The notes: a model not told the origin generated them from the letters alone. A DNA stretch of 53,899 nt, filler included, from Jimgerdemannia flammicorona (GCA_003990765.1; 3 parts of 3 records of this genome joined end to end with filler, not necessarily neighbours in it), one strand, 5' to 3'; shown: positions 1 to 13,104, counted from the first letter of the whole stretch. A program made the numbers and translations.

Positions 1-3000
1 CCCAATCCCCATAGAGGAGCCCCCCCCCATCTCTTTATAGATGAAGATCACTTTCTTACCCACTACCCCAACTCTCCCCCCACTCTATCTACAGATTTTC
101 TCCACTAAGCAATACCTCTGACCACTCTGCAAACTCCAACCAAGCCACTAGCCTGTCATAGTGTCTTCCATAAGCCCTTGCTATCTTGACAGCCATACCC
201 CCAATTAGTACTCCCAATGAATCAAATTGAATTGAATTAGACCCAAATTTGATTTGATTCGAAAACTTCAAATCAAATTAAGGCCTAATTTAATTCAAAT
301 CAATTCAAATTGAGGTCCAATTCAATTTAAGTTCTGATTTGAACTCTATTTTTAGAAATTATATAACTCAATAAATATATCCAAATTCAATGATATTTAG
401 CTTATTAGATTCCTCTTATATAGGGGAATCTAACAAGTTAAAGATCATTGAATTTGGACACATATTTATCAAGTTATTACATTTCTAAAAATAGGTTGTA
501 AATTGGACCCTCAATTCAATTCAAATTCGATTTGATTCAAACTCAATTCAAATTGAAAAATCCCCAATTCAATTCAATTTGAATAACCCTCAATTTGATT
601 CAATTCAAATTGATTCAATTCGTTTGAGAGCACTACCCCCAATTCCAGTCTCCTCCCATTCTCAAAAACAAATAACCAGTAACCTGCTAGCCCCACTCAA
701 ATTACCAAAACCCAACCTAAGGTAAACCACTCCTTCTCCACCCCCCCCACTAATATATCTCTCAAGTTCTCCCACCAACTCCTTACACCATTCTCCCCTA
801 CACACTATACCCAATTGATCCCCAATAGTTCTTCAAAAGTCACTAAGTACCTCACACTCTCTTAGCTAATGTTTAGATATCTGCACATATCCCCCTTCCT
901 GCCCTATATTGTGGCACTCCTTACAGTCGAAGTATCCCCCCTTGATAAGGTGACCTGCATGGAAGTTGAGCATAACATTCCTCTGTAGTATATACCACCA
1001 GACCACTCAGCACTTTGGCAGCAGCCACCTCCTCACCTCAGCACTCCAGGCCCAGACTCTAGGCCAGTCCCACTCCTCTCTGATACTCACTAACTACTAT
1101 TCACTGGGCCAAAGATCCTGGCCTGGCCCCCTCTAGCACTTAATCTCATCACTAATATTGTATTCAACTAAGAGAACACCCACCAATAAGACTTGGTTCC
1201 ATCTCCACATCACTGGGTCCCAAGGTACCTCTCCTTCATTTCCTTGTCAGTATATTTCAATGAAGTATACTCCCTCCACTACTCCCCACCAGAAACCTTT
1301 GTATCTCATATGCCCAGTATTCTGAAGCCCAACTAATAATAGTAAATCTCCTATAGAGCCTCTTGATGAGGACCTTATCTCCCAGATCTTCTGCAATAGG
1401 GGGACCCAGCCACTCCCTCTCAACTCCACCACTCTCTTCAACCACTATGCTCTCAAGTAGTACAGCCTCTTCAGAAAGTCAACCAGTCTAAGGCCTTTTC
1501 TTGCTACTGGTAAGGACAAGACCTCCAAGCTGATCTGACTCCTTCTCTTAGCCCAGATCCACCCCTTGGCCAGTTTTATTAGTCTCTTCACCACTCAGGC
1601 TGAGAAGTCCAGATAATAGACTAGATATCACAACTTTGGCAACCAGTAGATATTCAAAATCAAGACATATCCTGCCAAAGATAGCCCAACTCTACAAGAC
1701 CTCTCTCCAGATTGCTACCCTCTGCTCTCACCAAAGTTTTGGTAGGACTGATCCATATACTGACAAATAGATACCCAAGTACCACACTGCCTCTCCAGCA
1801 GGGACAATTGTTCCAATGACATCCCCTCCCACCAGGCCATTGCCTAATACTATTGTTTTATACTTATACCAATTGAGTTTAGCCCCAGAGTTCACCTCAT
1901 ACCACTCTACTGTCTTCTTGAGCTCCTCTATATCAGCAATAGATCTCAGGCTGACCACCATATCATCTGCAAAGGCACCAACTTTCCACCCAATTCCAAA
2001 GACTGAGAGCCCCACTATCTTCTGCCTAATCCTATCTATTAGAGGTTCCAGAAAGAGAGTATATAGAATGGGAGACAGTGAGTCCTCCTGGGGCACACTC
2101 CTACCCAGGGGAAATGTCACCCCTTTATGCCTATTATACATGAGTGCTGCCTGACTCCCTTCCAGTAGACTGACCATTGCTGACCAAAACTGGTGTATGA
2201 CTCCAATCCTATCCAATACCTTTGCCAACCAGACTTGTCCCACCTAGTCATATGCCTCCTCCTGATCTAGAAAGATCAGTTACCCATCCAGTCTACAAGC
2301 TTGTGCCCCTTCAATTACTTTATGTACTCAGGCTATACCATCTCTAATGAGCTAACCTCCTACAAAGTCCCTCTGTTTATCACCCAATACTTGCTGGGCC
2401 ACCTTCTGCAGCCTTATGACCACTACCTTAGTCACCAACTTTCTGTTCATATCCAGCAGCATGATCAGCTACCAGTTCTTTCAGTCCTCTCTCCTTCTCT
2501 TGTTCTTGTAAAGCAGCATCACCAGCCCCAGATCCTACTCTTCCATCTATCTCTCTGACTGTAGTATCAAATCACACAATATCATCATCTCATCCAGTAC
2601 TTCTGAAACTCCCACCATCTTCTTCCAGAAGTCTCAGAGCAGACCATCCTCTCCAGGTACCATGCTCAGCATTGTTGTGATAAGAACCTGGTAGATCTCC
2701 TCCTCTTGGACTGGTAACACTAAGCTACCCAATCCTTTTACCTAAGGGGGGTGCCAATCCTCCAATGTCTGATCAATGGCAGCAGCATCAGTCCCACTCT
2801 CCTCCTCACTTCATAGACCACTCTATCACTCCTTTAATGATCCAAGAATGTCATATATACTATATACCAGTATACCATCAGAGTCTAGTACCCCCTCCTA
2901 CCTCTACTTCACTCTCCTCACCTGAAGGGCCCTCATGAGATACTTTGAGGACCTTTTCCCTTCCTCCAAATCTTGTCAATGAAGCCATACTACAAAACTC

Positions 3001-4082
3001 TACACCCTCACCTCCTCCTCTTCCTGCAACACCTGTTGTAGTTCTCTAACCTCTATTTTTGCATGCATTAATCTCCAATCCTCTCCCCTCTCTAGAGTCA
3101 CTAGCCCTGCCCAATCTTTCAATAACCTAACTAGTCTAGTAGAAGCCCATCTCACTCTTCACCTTCTCTGTTTCCCAGCCTCCTTGTCAGCCTCACTCCA
3201 GTAGACCCTGGCTACCTCTTTCATCCTCATCTACTGGACACCAACTGGGGCACCTTTCTATCTCCAGCTCATTATTCTCTGTTAAATGTACTCAGCCCAC
3301 TTATCCCACAGTACTTTATTATCTAATAAAGAGAAATTGAGATGTCAATGTCCAGGCCCATCCCCACTCTCCCCAAAATGTCCCTATCCTAGCAGCCTAC
3401 AATAATCTGATCATAGATACCACTCCATCTCTAGCAACTTCCAAACATCTAAACCCCAGTAGCTTGCCATCAAAATCCAGTCAATCCTCATTTCTAGGCC
3501 CTCTGCCCAATATATGTATACTCTTCTATCACCCCAAAACTCCCTGCTAGTATCTGTCAGAGTACTTAACCTTTCCACTTTCTCCCATACTGCCAGCCCT
3601 CCACTCCTGCTCTCAGCTCCCTGTCCTCCATCAGTTTGATCCACTAGTACATTCTGAACTATATTGAAGTTCCTACTAAGCATATCCACCCCAGCCTCTG
3701 CAAGAGCCCCACTCTTCTGGAGATGCTTCACCTAATCTATATGCTCACTCTGTACAGTAGGGTAGTAGCAAGAACCCACTGTAACTGGCTCCCAACCTGT
3801 ACATATCTACTCTCCCCAGACCAATCTATCTCCTCAGCTTCTCACATTGTATATCTCCCCTCTACCTCTCTGGACCAGAATCTCAATCTTGCTCTTCCAA
3901 AGTGCCTCATCTCTCCATTCCTTCATCCATTCCAGTCTATCCAAATCATCCTCACACCTGATGTCCTGTAAAAGAAAGAGATTGGCCTCCAATCCCTTCA
4001 GTTAAGAAAAAATGTTCCTATATTGAGAAGAGCCCTATAACCTATTTATATTCAAAGAAAAAATATTAGTTATACTATTTAT
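1..4082 (-). pseudogene. LINE ORF2 (AP endonuclease-RT-C-terminal Cys/His finger), copy A, disrupted
   Basis: Start codon mutated to ATA at 4080-4082 (other copies read MNSITNIF); many stops; RT and APE motifs in fragments. Confidence 0.85.
206..635. mobile_element. hAT-type fold-back MITE (430 bp)
   Basis: 8-bp TSD CCCCCAAT at 198-205 and 636-643. Termini TAGTACTCCCAA ... TTGAGAGCACTA are imperfect TIRs. The core is an inverted repeat centred near 420. LINE sequence is colinear on both sides. Confidence 0.9.
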
Positions 4083-4114
4083 AAGGAAGTACTGTATGTT
4101 ATCAAGTCTATCCT

Positions 4115-6117
4115 CTACTGATCCATGCTCATCACTTTCTGCACTATCCTCCTCTTCTTCAGTCCTCTTAGTCTCCAATCCAGCCAGCAGCTCATTTATC
4201 TCCCCATCTACCTTCTCCCCAAACTCTTCCTGGTACTCCAGACAGACCTCCTGTCAGAGCTGCAATCTATGATGCTTAGTCCAGTAGTAGTTGGCCCTCT
4301 CACCAATAATACCTGCCAGCTTCACCTCTCTCTCCTTATCTACCTCATATCCTTCCTTCTCCAGATATACCATAAGGATTTCTGCCTTCAATACATACCA
4401 CCACTACACCATCCCCTTGCAGGATCCATGCCCGATGCTCATTGCTCATTACTCTAAGGTTCATCTCCCCCAACTCTTCAGCTGCCAAGTTATTTATCAT
4501 CCTGTACATCCAAAGTAGGTTCCCCACCTCCTTCTCTCCTGGAGTTGCTGGCCTCCCTCTATCCAGTATCATGGTGTCAGCTCCTGTACTCACAGACTTA
4601 TCTTATATCTCCAGGACATCCACCAGTTCCTCCTCTCCAACTGCCACCATCTGTCCCCCTTTCACTACCTCCAGAACTCCAAATTGAACTTACTGGGCCC
4701 TCCACATAAGTACATCCTCTGCCACCCTGCTTCAAGAAGCCAGACCTCACCTGATAAGAGAAGTAGGAGTAGGTGAAGCCTCCCAGTTCTCCTCCCAGAC
4801 CTCAAACATACCATCTGCATATGGGTCATTACCAGTTGCCTCTCTGTCCTCTCCTATCTTCTTCCCCCCAACTCCTCCACCCTCACCAGCCCAGATGCTC
4901 TCTTTTGTACCCCCTGCTTTCTCAATTCCACCTGTATTCTTCTGTGGTCTACTCTCTAGTTTAGAGAGCAGCTCCTTTTGCCTCTTACATCCCTGGGCTC
5001 TCTCTCACTGCCTCTTGTCTACTCAAATCCACTTCCCATCTATCACCTCCAAATATGTTGACTCTACAAAGGCCTTCAAAGTCTTTACCCACCACTCCAT
5101 CATACTACTCAGCTCTTTCAGTGCCTCTAATAAGTCTTTTTCCTCCTTCTTACTCCCCTTCACCCTCATCACCTTGCATAAGATTATCCTCCAGACCATC
5201 ACCAAAGACCAGTCTCTTGCCTTCCTAGTAGCTTCCTTCCCTGCCAACCAAATCCTGACATCTACATTCCCAGTCCAGAATGAGATCCCTTCTGACATAG
5301 AATCCAACATCCACTACCTCTCTATACTCAGCCATAATCTCTTTGACTCTCCTCCTTGTCTCCATCACCATCACCATAAACACTCCTTTTACCAGCAGTT
5401 GCACTACCCTGGGGTCTATTTCAGACAATATATCATTGAAACACACATCTTCCCAACAGTTAGTCCTACCTTCAGTACCTCCTCCAAAGGTCTAGTCTCC
5501 TTAAAGCCCATCTCTACTTCCTCCAAACTCTTCAGAAACTTCACCAATACTGCCCCAGCCACCTGCTTAGCAATTAGCCCTAGTACCATTTTCACCATCA
5601 CTGCTAGACCCCAGAAGTACAAAGTAACTGTAAACTCTGAGATCAACTTCTTGAGTAATGGGGCTACTGCTAAGCCCATCACACTATCTGCCAAATCTCC
5701 CTGCCATCCAAGCCCCATCCTCTCAGCTCTGCTATCAGTAGTCACATCTGGATTTTTTTCCAGATTAGCAGTCCCATTGCTATCAGCCATTACATTCACT
5801 CCAGCCACTACACCCCCAGCACCACTGCCCCCACTATCAAGGACTACTCCTCTCTATACTGCCACCTTCTCCATCTTTTTGTCTTTTCTCAGCCAACCCT
5901 CCAGCCCAGATACCTGCTGTCTCCCCTTTACCATCTCCACAAAGCTTGCTCTCTCTGATCTCTGTCCTCCACTACTGCTTCCTCTCCTTGTGCATCCTTC
6001 TGCCAACAGACCCCTCATATTTCCCCCCAGGCCAGGGCCCCTCCCCACATACTGTCAGTCGAATGTGCTTGGGCCACCCTGCCTAGTATATACCTCAGAT
6101 TATCTGTCAGTTGCCAT
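4115..6117 (-). pseudogene. LINE ORF1, copy A, disrupted
   Basis: ATG at 6117; fragments 5854-6048, 5416-5808, 5023-5310 and 4345-4593 align with other copies; conserved terminal Q* at 4115. Confidence 0.8.
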
Positions 6118-6200
6118 ATTACTAGTCTCTTTTCTCTAAGAATGATATTATAAGTACTTTTCAAAGATTGTGTAATCCAAATGGTACCAGAGAAAAGATG

Positions 6201-6813
6201 TTAGTGAGAAATATTAACCATATAACTCAATCAATATCTTTTTATTAGTAGAAATAAGCTTTAAATCTATTCATTATAACTTTTTAGCCAGTCTGGAAGA
6301 TAGTACTCTATATGCCCTGAAATATGATACCTTCTACAAATTATGGTATCAGCTAACTCTATATATCTAAATAATGAGTCCTCAAACCAACTTATTTGAT
6401 ATCTGTCAATATTTGTAGAATAATTTACAATTCAAAGCTCATAAAGAAGAAGAGACTCAAGACTTATTATAGAGATATAAAGAGCATCTCATCAAAGCCA
6501 AGCTAGAATGAAATTATTATAACAGAAATACCAAATTGGCAGAAGAATAAAGAAAACTCATTGACCAGAATTATTTTATACTGAAAGATAAGATATCATT
6601 CTGCAGTATTAATACAATTATCTATTATAGTTATAACTGAGCTCAAAATGTCCATGTGCCTCATTCTGATTAACAGATTGGTAAAGTATATTATTTTAGT
6701 ACTTATAAAGTATATTTGTTTGGAATCCAAGATGAAGTAGTCTGTAAGCAAATTAATTATATTCTTGATAAGAATGAACTTCTCAAAAAGGGTCTAAATA
6801 GTATACTTAGCCT

Positions 6814-6815
<2 letters not shown>
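6201..6815 (+). pseudogene. Sola-like (DUF7869-type) DNA transposase relic
   Basis: Manual translation YDTFYKLWYQL..SPQTNLFDICQ..YKEHLIKAKLE*NYYN..SYN*AQNVHVPHSD*QIGKVYYFSTYKVYLFGIQDE..QINYILDK..KGLNSILSLV resembles recalled motifs of this family (DLCDxC, HxxxAxxER, SxDxAQ, LFG..NYLIDE..KG.N). Confidence 0.65.

Positions 6816-6889
<74 letters not shown>
6816..6889 (-). repeat. Poly(A) tail (74 nt) of LINE copy B
   Basis: Pure T run directly followed by the family's 3'-terminal motif ATAGTTACTTGGAC..TTTATT. Confidence 0.95.
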
Positions 6890-6892
<3 letters not shown>

Positions 6893-9800
6893 GTTACTTG
6901 GACTTGCTATTTATTATCAGTCTATTGATATAGTTATATTATCTCCTCCCACTACCCAATCCCCATAGAGGAGCCCCCTTCTCAATATCTTCATACTTGA
7001 ATACCACTCTACCATCTACTATCCCAACTCTCTCCCTACTCTGCTCATAAAATTTCTTTACTAAGTAATGCTGCTGATCACCCTGCAGACTCCAACCTAA
7101 CCACCAGCCTATCAGAATATCCTCCATCAATCCTTCCTATCTCAATAGCTGTACCTTTAAATCTAAATACCTCTCATCTTTGAAAACAAATAAGCAGTAA
7201 CTGGCCAGTCTCACCTAAACTATCAATACCCAACCTATAGTAAGCTACTTCTTTTTCACCCCCCCTTACCAATCTATCTCTCAAATCCTCCCACTGCTCT
7301 CTCTTACCATCCCCCCTATACATGATACCCAATCGATTTCCAACTACTAACCAAAATTCACCAAGTATCTTACACTCTCCTAGTCAATATTCTGATATCT
7401 ATACAAATCTCTCTTCTTGTTCTATATTGTAGCACTTCTTACAGTCAAAGCTACTCCCCTCTATAAGATGGTCTGAGTGAAAGTTGAGCATGACATTCTG
7501 CCATAGCATGCACTACCAGACCACTTAGTACTTTAGTGGCAGCTATTGTCATATCTCAGCACTCTTGATTCTAGCCAACTGCTATCCACTGGGCCATAAA
7601 TCCTATCCTAGCCTCCTCTGACACTCTACCTCATCACTAATATTGAAATCAATTAGAGGGACACCTCCAACAATACTTTATCTCATCTCCATATCACTGA
7701 GTTCCAAGGTAACTCTCCTTTATTGCCCCTCTAGTGAATTTCAATATGGTGTATCCCATCTGCTACTCTCTATCAGAAGTCTTTATATCACATATACCCA
7801 TTGTTCTGAAGTCCAACCAAGAACAGTAGATCTTCTGTAAAGTCTCTTGGCAAAGACCTTATCTTCCAGACCTTCTTCATCAGGGAAACCCAGCTACCCC
7901 CATGCAGCTCCACAGCACTCTTTAGCTACCATACTCTCAGACAGTACAGCCTCTTCAGAAAGTCAACCAGCCCAAGGCTCTCTCTAGCCACTGATAAAGA
8001 CAAGATTTTCCAGCTAATCTGACTCCTTCTTCTAGCCCAGATCCACTCCTTGGCCAGTTTCAACAGTCTCTTTATCACTTAAGCTAGGAAGTCCAGGTGA
8101 TAAGCCAAATATCACAACTTCATAGCCAGTAGACATTCAAAATTAAAACATACTCCACTAGAGATAAGTAGTGCCCTCTCTAACTCTGCAGGGCCTCTCT
8201 CCAGATTACAACCTACTGCTCTCACTAAGGTCTTAATAGGACTGACCCATATACTGACAGATAGATATATCCAAGTAGCACACTGCCTCTCCAGTAGGGA
8301 CAATTGTTCCAATGATATCTCTTCTTACCAAACTATTGCTCAATACTATTGTTTCATATTTATGCCAATTAGGTTTAGCCCCAGAGTGTGTCTTATACTA
8401 CTCCATTGTCTCCTTAAGTTTCTCAACATCTATGATTAATCCTAGACCAACTACTATATTATCTGCAAAGGCTCCAACTTTTCACTCAATTCTGAATACT
8501 GAGAGCCTGACTATCTTCTGCCAAATCCTATCCATCAAAGGCTCTAAGGAAAGAGTATACAGAATGAGAGACAACAGGTCCCCCTGGGGGACACCCCTAC
8601 TCAGGAGGAATACTACCCCTTTATATCTATTATATACATATAAGCACAGCTCTACTCTCTTCTAGTAAGCTGACCATTGCCATCTGGAACTAGTGAGAGA
8701 TATTAATCCTATCCAATACCTTCACCAATCAGACCTGCTGAACACAGTCATATACCTTCTTCTGATCTAGAAAAACCAGTTATCTATTCAGTCTACAGAC
8801 TCATATCTCTTCAATAATATTATATACCCAAGCTGTGCTATCTCTAATGAGCTAGCACTCTACAAAGCCTTACTACTTCTCACCCAGATCTTACTGAGCC
8901 ACCTTCTGCAGCCTTACTACCACCACCTTAGTAATTAACTTTCTATCCATGTTCAGAAGCATGATCAGCTGCCAGTTCTTCCAGTCCTCTCTCTCACTCT
9001 TGTTCTTATAAAGCAGTACTACCAGCCTCAGATCCTGCTCACTCACCCATCTTCCAGACTGTAGTATCAAGTCACAAAGCTCCATCAACTCCCCCAATAC
9101 TCCAGGGACTCTCACCATCTTCTTCCAAAAGTCCTAGGGCACACTATCCTCCCCTAGTACCATGCCCAGTATAGTTGTAGTAAGAACCTGATAAATCTCC
9201 TCTTTCTGTATAGGTATCATCAAGCTGCCTAGCCCTTCTGCTTGAGGTGGGTACCAATTCTTCAAGGCCTGATCAATGATAGCAGTATCAGCCCCACTCT
9301 CCTCCTTACTCTACAAACCACTCCACCTCTTCTTTAATGATCTGAGAATATCTTATATATTATGCACTAGCTGACCATCAGAATCTAGCACCCTCTCCCA
9401 CCTCTGCTTTACTCTCCTCACCTGAAGGGCTCTCATGAGATACTTAGAGGATCTCTTCCCTTCTTCTAGTCCCTGCCAACATAACTATACTACTAAACTC
9501 TGCATCTGTACCTCCTCCTCCTCCTACAATCTGTTATAACTCTCTGATCTCTATTTTTGCCCACAATAGTCTCCAGTCCTCCACTCTCTCCAGGACCAAC
9601 AGACCAGTCTAATCTTTCAGAAGCCTAGCCAATCTAGTGGAAGCCCACATTGCTCTCTTCCTCCTCTGGCTTCCAGCCACCTTGCCAGTCTTACTCCAGT
9701 AGACCCCAGCAGCCACTTTCGTTCTCATCTACTGGACTCCAACTGGGGCTCCTTTCTGTATCCAACCTTCTACTCTCTGCTAAATATCCTTCACCCACTT

Positions 9801-11867
9801 GTCCTATAGCACCTTATCATCCAACAAAGAGGAATTGAGGTACTAATATCCAGGTCCAACTCTACTCTCCCCAAAATTTTCCTGTCCCAGCAGCCCCCAA
9901 TGATCAGACCATGGATACCACTCAGCTTCCAGTGACTTCCAAACACCCAAGCCCCAGTAGTTTGCTATTAGAACCCAGTCAATCTTTGTCCCCAGGCCAC
10001 TTACCCAGTATGTGTATACCCTCCTATTATCTCAAAACTCTCTGCCAGCATCTACTAGAGCACTTAGCTTTTCTACTTCCTCCCATACCTCCAGACCACT
10101 ACTCCTACCCTCAGCCCCCCACTCTCTGTCCACCCTATCCACCAGTACATCTCTGACCATATTAAAGTCCCCTCTAAGCATATCTACTCCTGTCTCTACA
10201 AGGGCTCTACTCTCCTAAAGACCCTTTACCTAATCCATATATTCACCTCTCATAGCAGGGCAGTAGCAGGAACCCACTATAACTAGCTCCCAACCAATTT
10301 ATATCCACTCTCTCCAAACCAGTCTATCTCTCCAGCTCCTCATATCTCATATCTCTCCACTGCCTCTCCAGACCAGAATCCCAATCTTGCCCTTCCAAAC
10401 CATCTCACCTCTCTATTTCTTTGTCCATTCTAGTCTATCCAAATCATTCTTACATCTGACATCCTGCAAAAGAAAGAGATCAGCCTCCAATATCTTTAGC
10501 CAAGTAAAAATATTTCAATGCCAAAATGAACCCCATAACCCATTCATATTTAATGAAAAATGTTGGTTATACTATTCATAAGAATCTTATAAAATAGCAA
10601 GTACATCCTCTACTGCTCCATGTTTATCTCCTCCTGAGCCAAGTCCAGATTATATTCAGAAGCCACTGCCTTCTCTTCAATTCTCTTAGTCTCCAATCCA
10701 ACCAATAGTTCAGCAAGTTCCCCATCCTTCTTCTCCTTGAAATCCTCACAATACTCTAGGCAGACCTTCTGTCAGAGTTGCAATCTATAACACTCTACCC
10801 AACAGAAGGCAGCTCACTCACCAGCAGCAACTGCTAGCTTGGCCTCTCTCTCCTTATCAACCTCATACCCTTCCTTCTTCAGAAAATCTGCAAGAACCTC
10901 TGCCTTCAGTGCCTCCACCACTCCATTACTATACAGGATCTGTGCCCAATACTCTTTACTCATCACTCTCAGGTCCACCTCTCCCAACTCCTCTACTGCA
11001 AAGTTGTTCATCATTTGGTATATCTATAGTAAGTTTTCCACCTCCTTCCTCCCTGGAGTTGCTGGTCTTCCTTCATCTAGCATCGAGGTATCAGTCCCTA
11101 TACTCACAGTCTCATCCCACTCCTCCTCTTAGACATCTACTAGTTCATCCTCACTAGCCACCACCATCTATCTCCCCTTCACTACCTCAGGAACTCCAAA
11201 GTGTACTCACTGGGTCTTCTATATGGACACATCCTCTACTACTCTGCCCCTTGAAGCTGGACCTCATCTAATAAGAGAAGTAGGAGATAGGGAGTCCTCC
11301 CAGATCTTAAACATATCATCTATATATATGTAGGTCATTACCAGTTACCTCCTTGTCTACTTCTGGTCCCTTTCCTGCATTCTCTCCATCTTCACTGGCC
11401 CAGACACTCACTTTGGCTCCCTCTACAACCTCAATTCCACTAGTATCCTTCTTTGCTCTGCTCTTCAGGTTCACCAACAGCTCTCTCTGCCTCTTACATC
11501 CTTGGGACCTTTCCCACAGCTTCTTATCTACATGGATCTGCTTTCTATTTACCATCTCCAAATACATTGACTTTACATATACCTTCCAAGCCTTTGTCCT
11601 CTACTCTACTACACTACTCAGCTCCTTCAGTGTCTCCAACAAATCCTCTTCCTCCTCCTCACTCTCCTTTACCCTCATCACCTTGTATAAGAATGCTCTC
11701 CATATCATCACTGAAGACTAGTCTCTGGCCTTCCTAGTAGCTTCCCTCCCAGCTAACTGAATCCAGACATCAATATCCCCAGTTCTAAAAAAGGTCCCTT
11801 CTCAGACCCAGAACCCAATATCAACTATCTCTCTATATTCAGCCATGACTTCCTCAACTCTCCTCTT

Positions 11868-13104
11868 TTTTTATAGTCTCTTGGACTCCTTTCTTTATTA
11901 ATATACCAATCTATTCCATATAAATACATTGAGTCCACTCCTTATCTGATCCCCCTAGGGGGGCCCCTCCCTCCCACCCCCACTTGATGAAAGACTACTT
12001 TGTCTAATACCATCACCATCTGCCCACTACTCTGTTTACAGATCCCTTCTACCAGACCACAACATCTCCCACTCTGGAGACCTCAATCCATCCACCAACC
12101 AGTCAGCAGATTCTCTATCAACTCCTCCTATCTTAACAACTTCTCCTATAAATCCAACTATTACCCCTCCTTGAAGACAAAGAGCCAATGTCCAGCTAAT
12201 CCCACCTACACTGCTAAAACCCACTCTACAGTAAGCCAACTATTGTCCACACCACTTACTAGCAGATCCTCCCAGCAGTCTCACTTACCATCCAGCCTCT
12301 GCTCTACATCCAGCCGATTCCCTACTTCTATTCAAAAGTCTCCCAGCACCTCACACTCTTCCAGCCAATGTTCTGGTATCTGCACAAATTCTCCCACTTG
12401 CCCAACATTATAACACTCCTCACAATCCAATCAGCCACCCTCTACCAGATGCCTTACATGGAAATTCAACATGATGTTCCTCCACAACATCTGCCATCAT
12501 ACCACTCAGAACTTGGGAGGAAGCCACCTCCATACCTCAGCACTCCATGACCAGATACCTGCCCAGTCCCACTCCTCACCAATCCTTGCTGCCTGCCATC
12601 CACTTGGTCAAAGATCCTGGCCAAGATTCTGCTGACACTCCACTCCATCCTCAATGTTAAACTCAGCAAATAGAGCACTCCTCAGAAGCAATCTGTCCCA
12701 TCACTATATATTCAGACCCCAAGGCACCCCTCTCTCATTACTCTGTCAGTGCTAGCCTATTTGGTGTACTCTATCCACTATCTCCCACCAGAAGCCCTTA
12801 AACCTCAGCCATTGACTTCCATTCAACCCCACCAGAGCAAGCAAATCTCTCAAGAACCCTCAAGGGGAGAATCTCATCTTCCACACCTTCTGTAACAGCA
12901 GCACCCACCCCCCTCCCTGTAATTCAACAGCTCTCTTCAACCACCAGACTTGCAGGCAGTGCAACCTCTTAGGAAAATCCATAAGGCCTAGTCCTCCCCT
13001 AACCACCAGTGTTACAAAGGTATCCCAACTGATCTGAGACCTCCTCTCAGCCCAAATCCAATCTCTAGCCATCTTTGTCAGCCTCTTCACCACTTAAGCT
13101 GGAA
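11868..13104 (-). mobile_element. 5'-truncated LINE copy C nested in ORF1 of copy B
   Basis: Short T tail plus 3' motif at ~11866-11900; ORF2 C-terminal part only; ~15-bp TSD CTCAACTCTCCTCTT (11853-11867) / CTTAACTCTCTTCTT (13105-13119) with two C>T differences. Confidence 0.88.

Larger units (their letters stand above)
1..6200 (-). mobile_element. L1/Tx1-clade LINE, copy A (near full length; last part of 3'UTR lies beyond the contig start; interrupted by a MITE at 206-635)
   Basis: Minus-strand RT motifs (GRSVPQEDSLSPILY, VGAFADDMVV, YLGI in ORF 1728-2243), APE motifs (RIDWIL in 3411-3731; LLQDI near 3960) and ORF1 motifs. 5' end CATCTTTTCTC at 6200 matches four other copies. Confidence 0.93.

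Noticed and set aside
4895..6139. 414-aa plus-strand ORF, and similar ones at 30779-31663, 32275-33027 and 22537-23190
   Set aside because: Antisense shadows of LINE ORF1 on a C-rich, stop-poor strand. Ser/Pro/Leu-biased with no conserved start or stop among copies, so there is no support for an ORF0-like gene.
6716..6928. ORF with a poly-Phe tract
   Set aside because: Transposase relic frame reading into the LINE poly(T); not a real protein.
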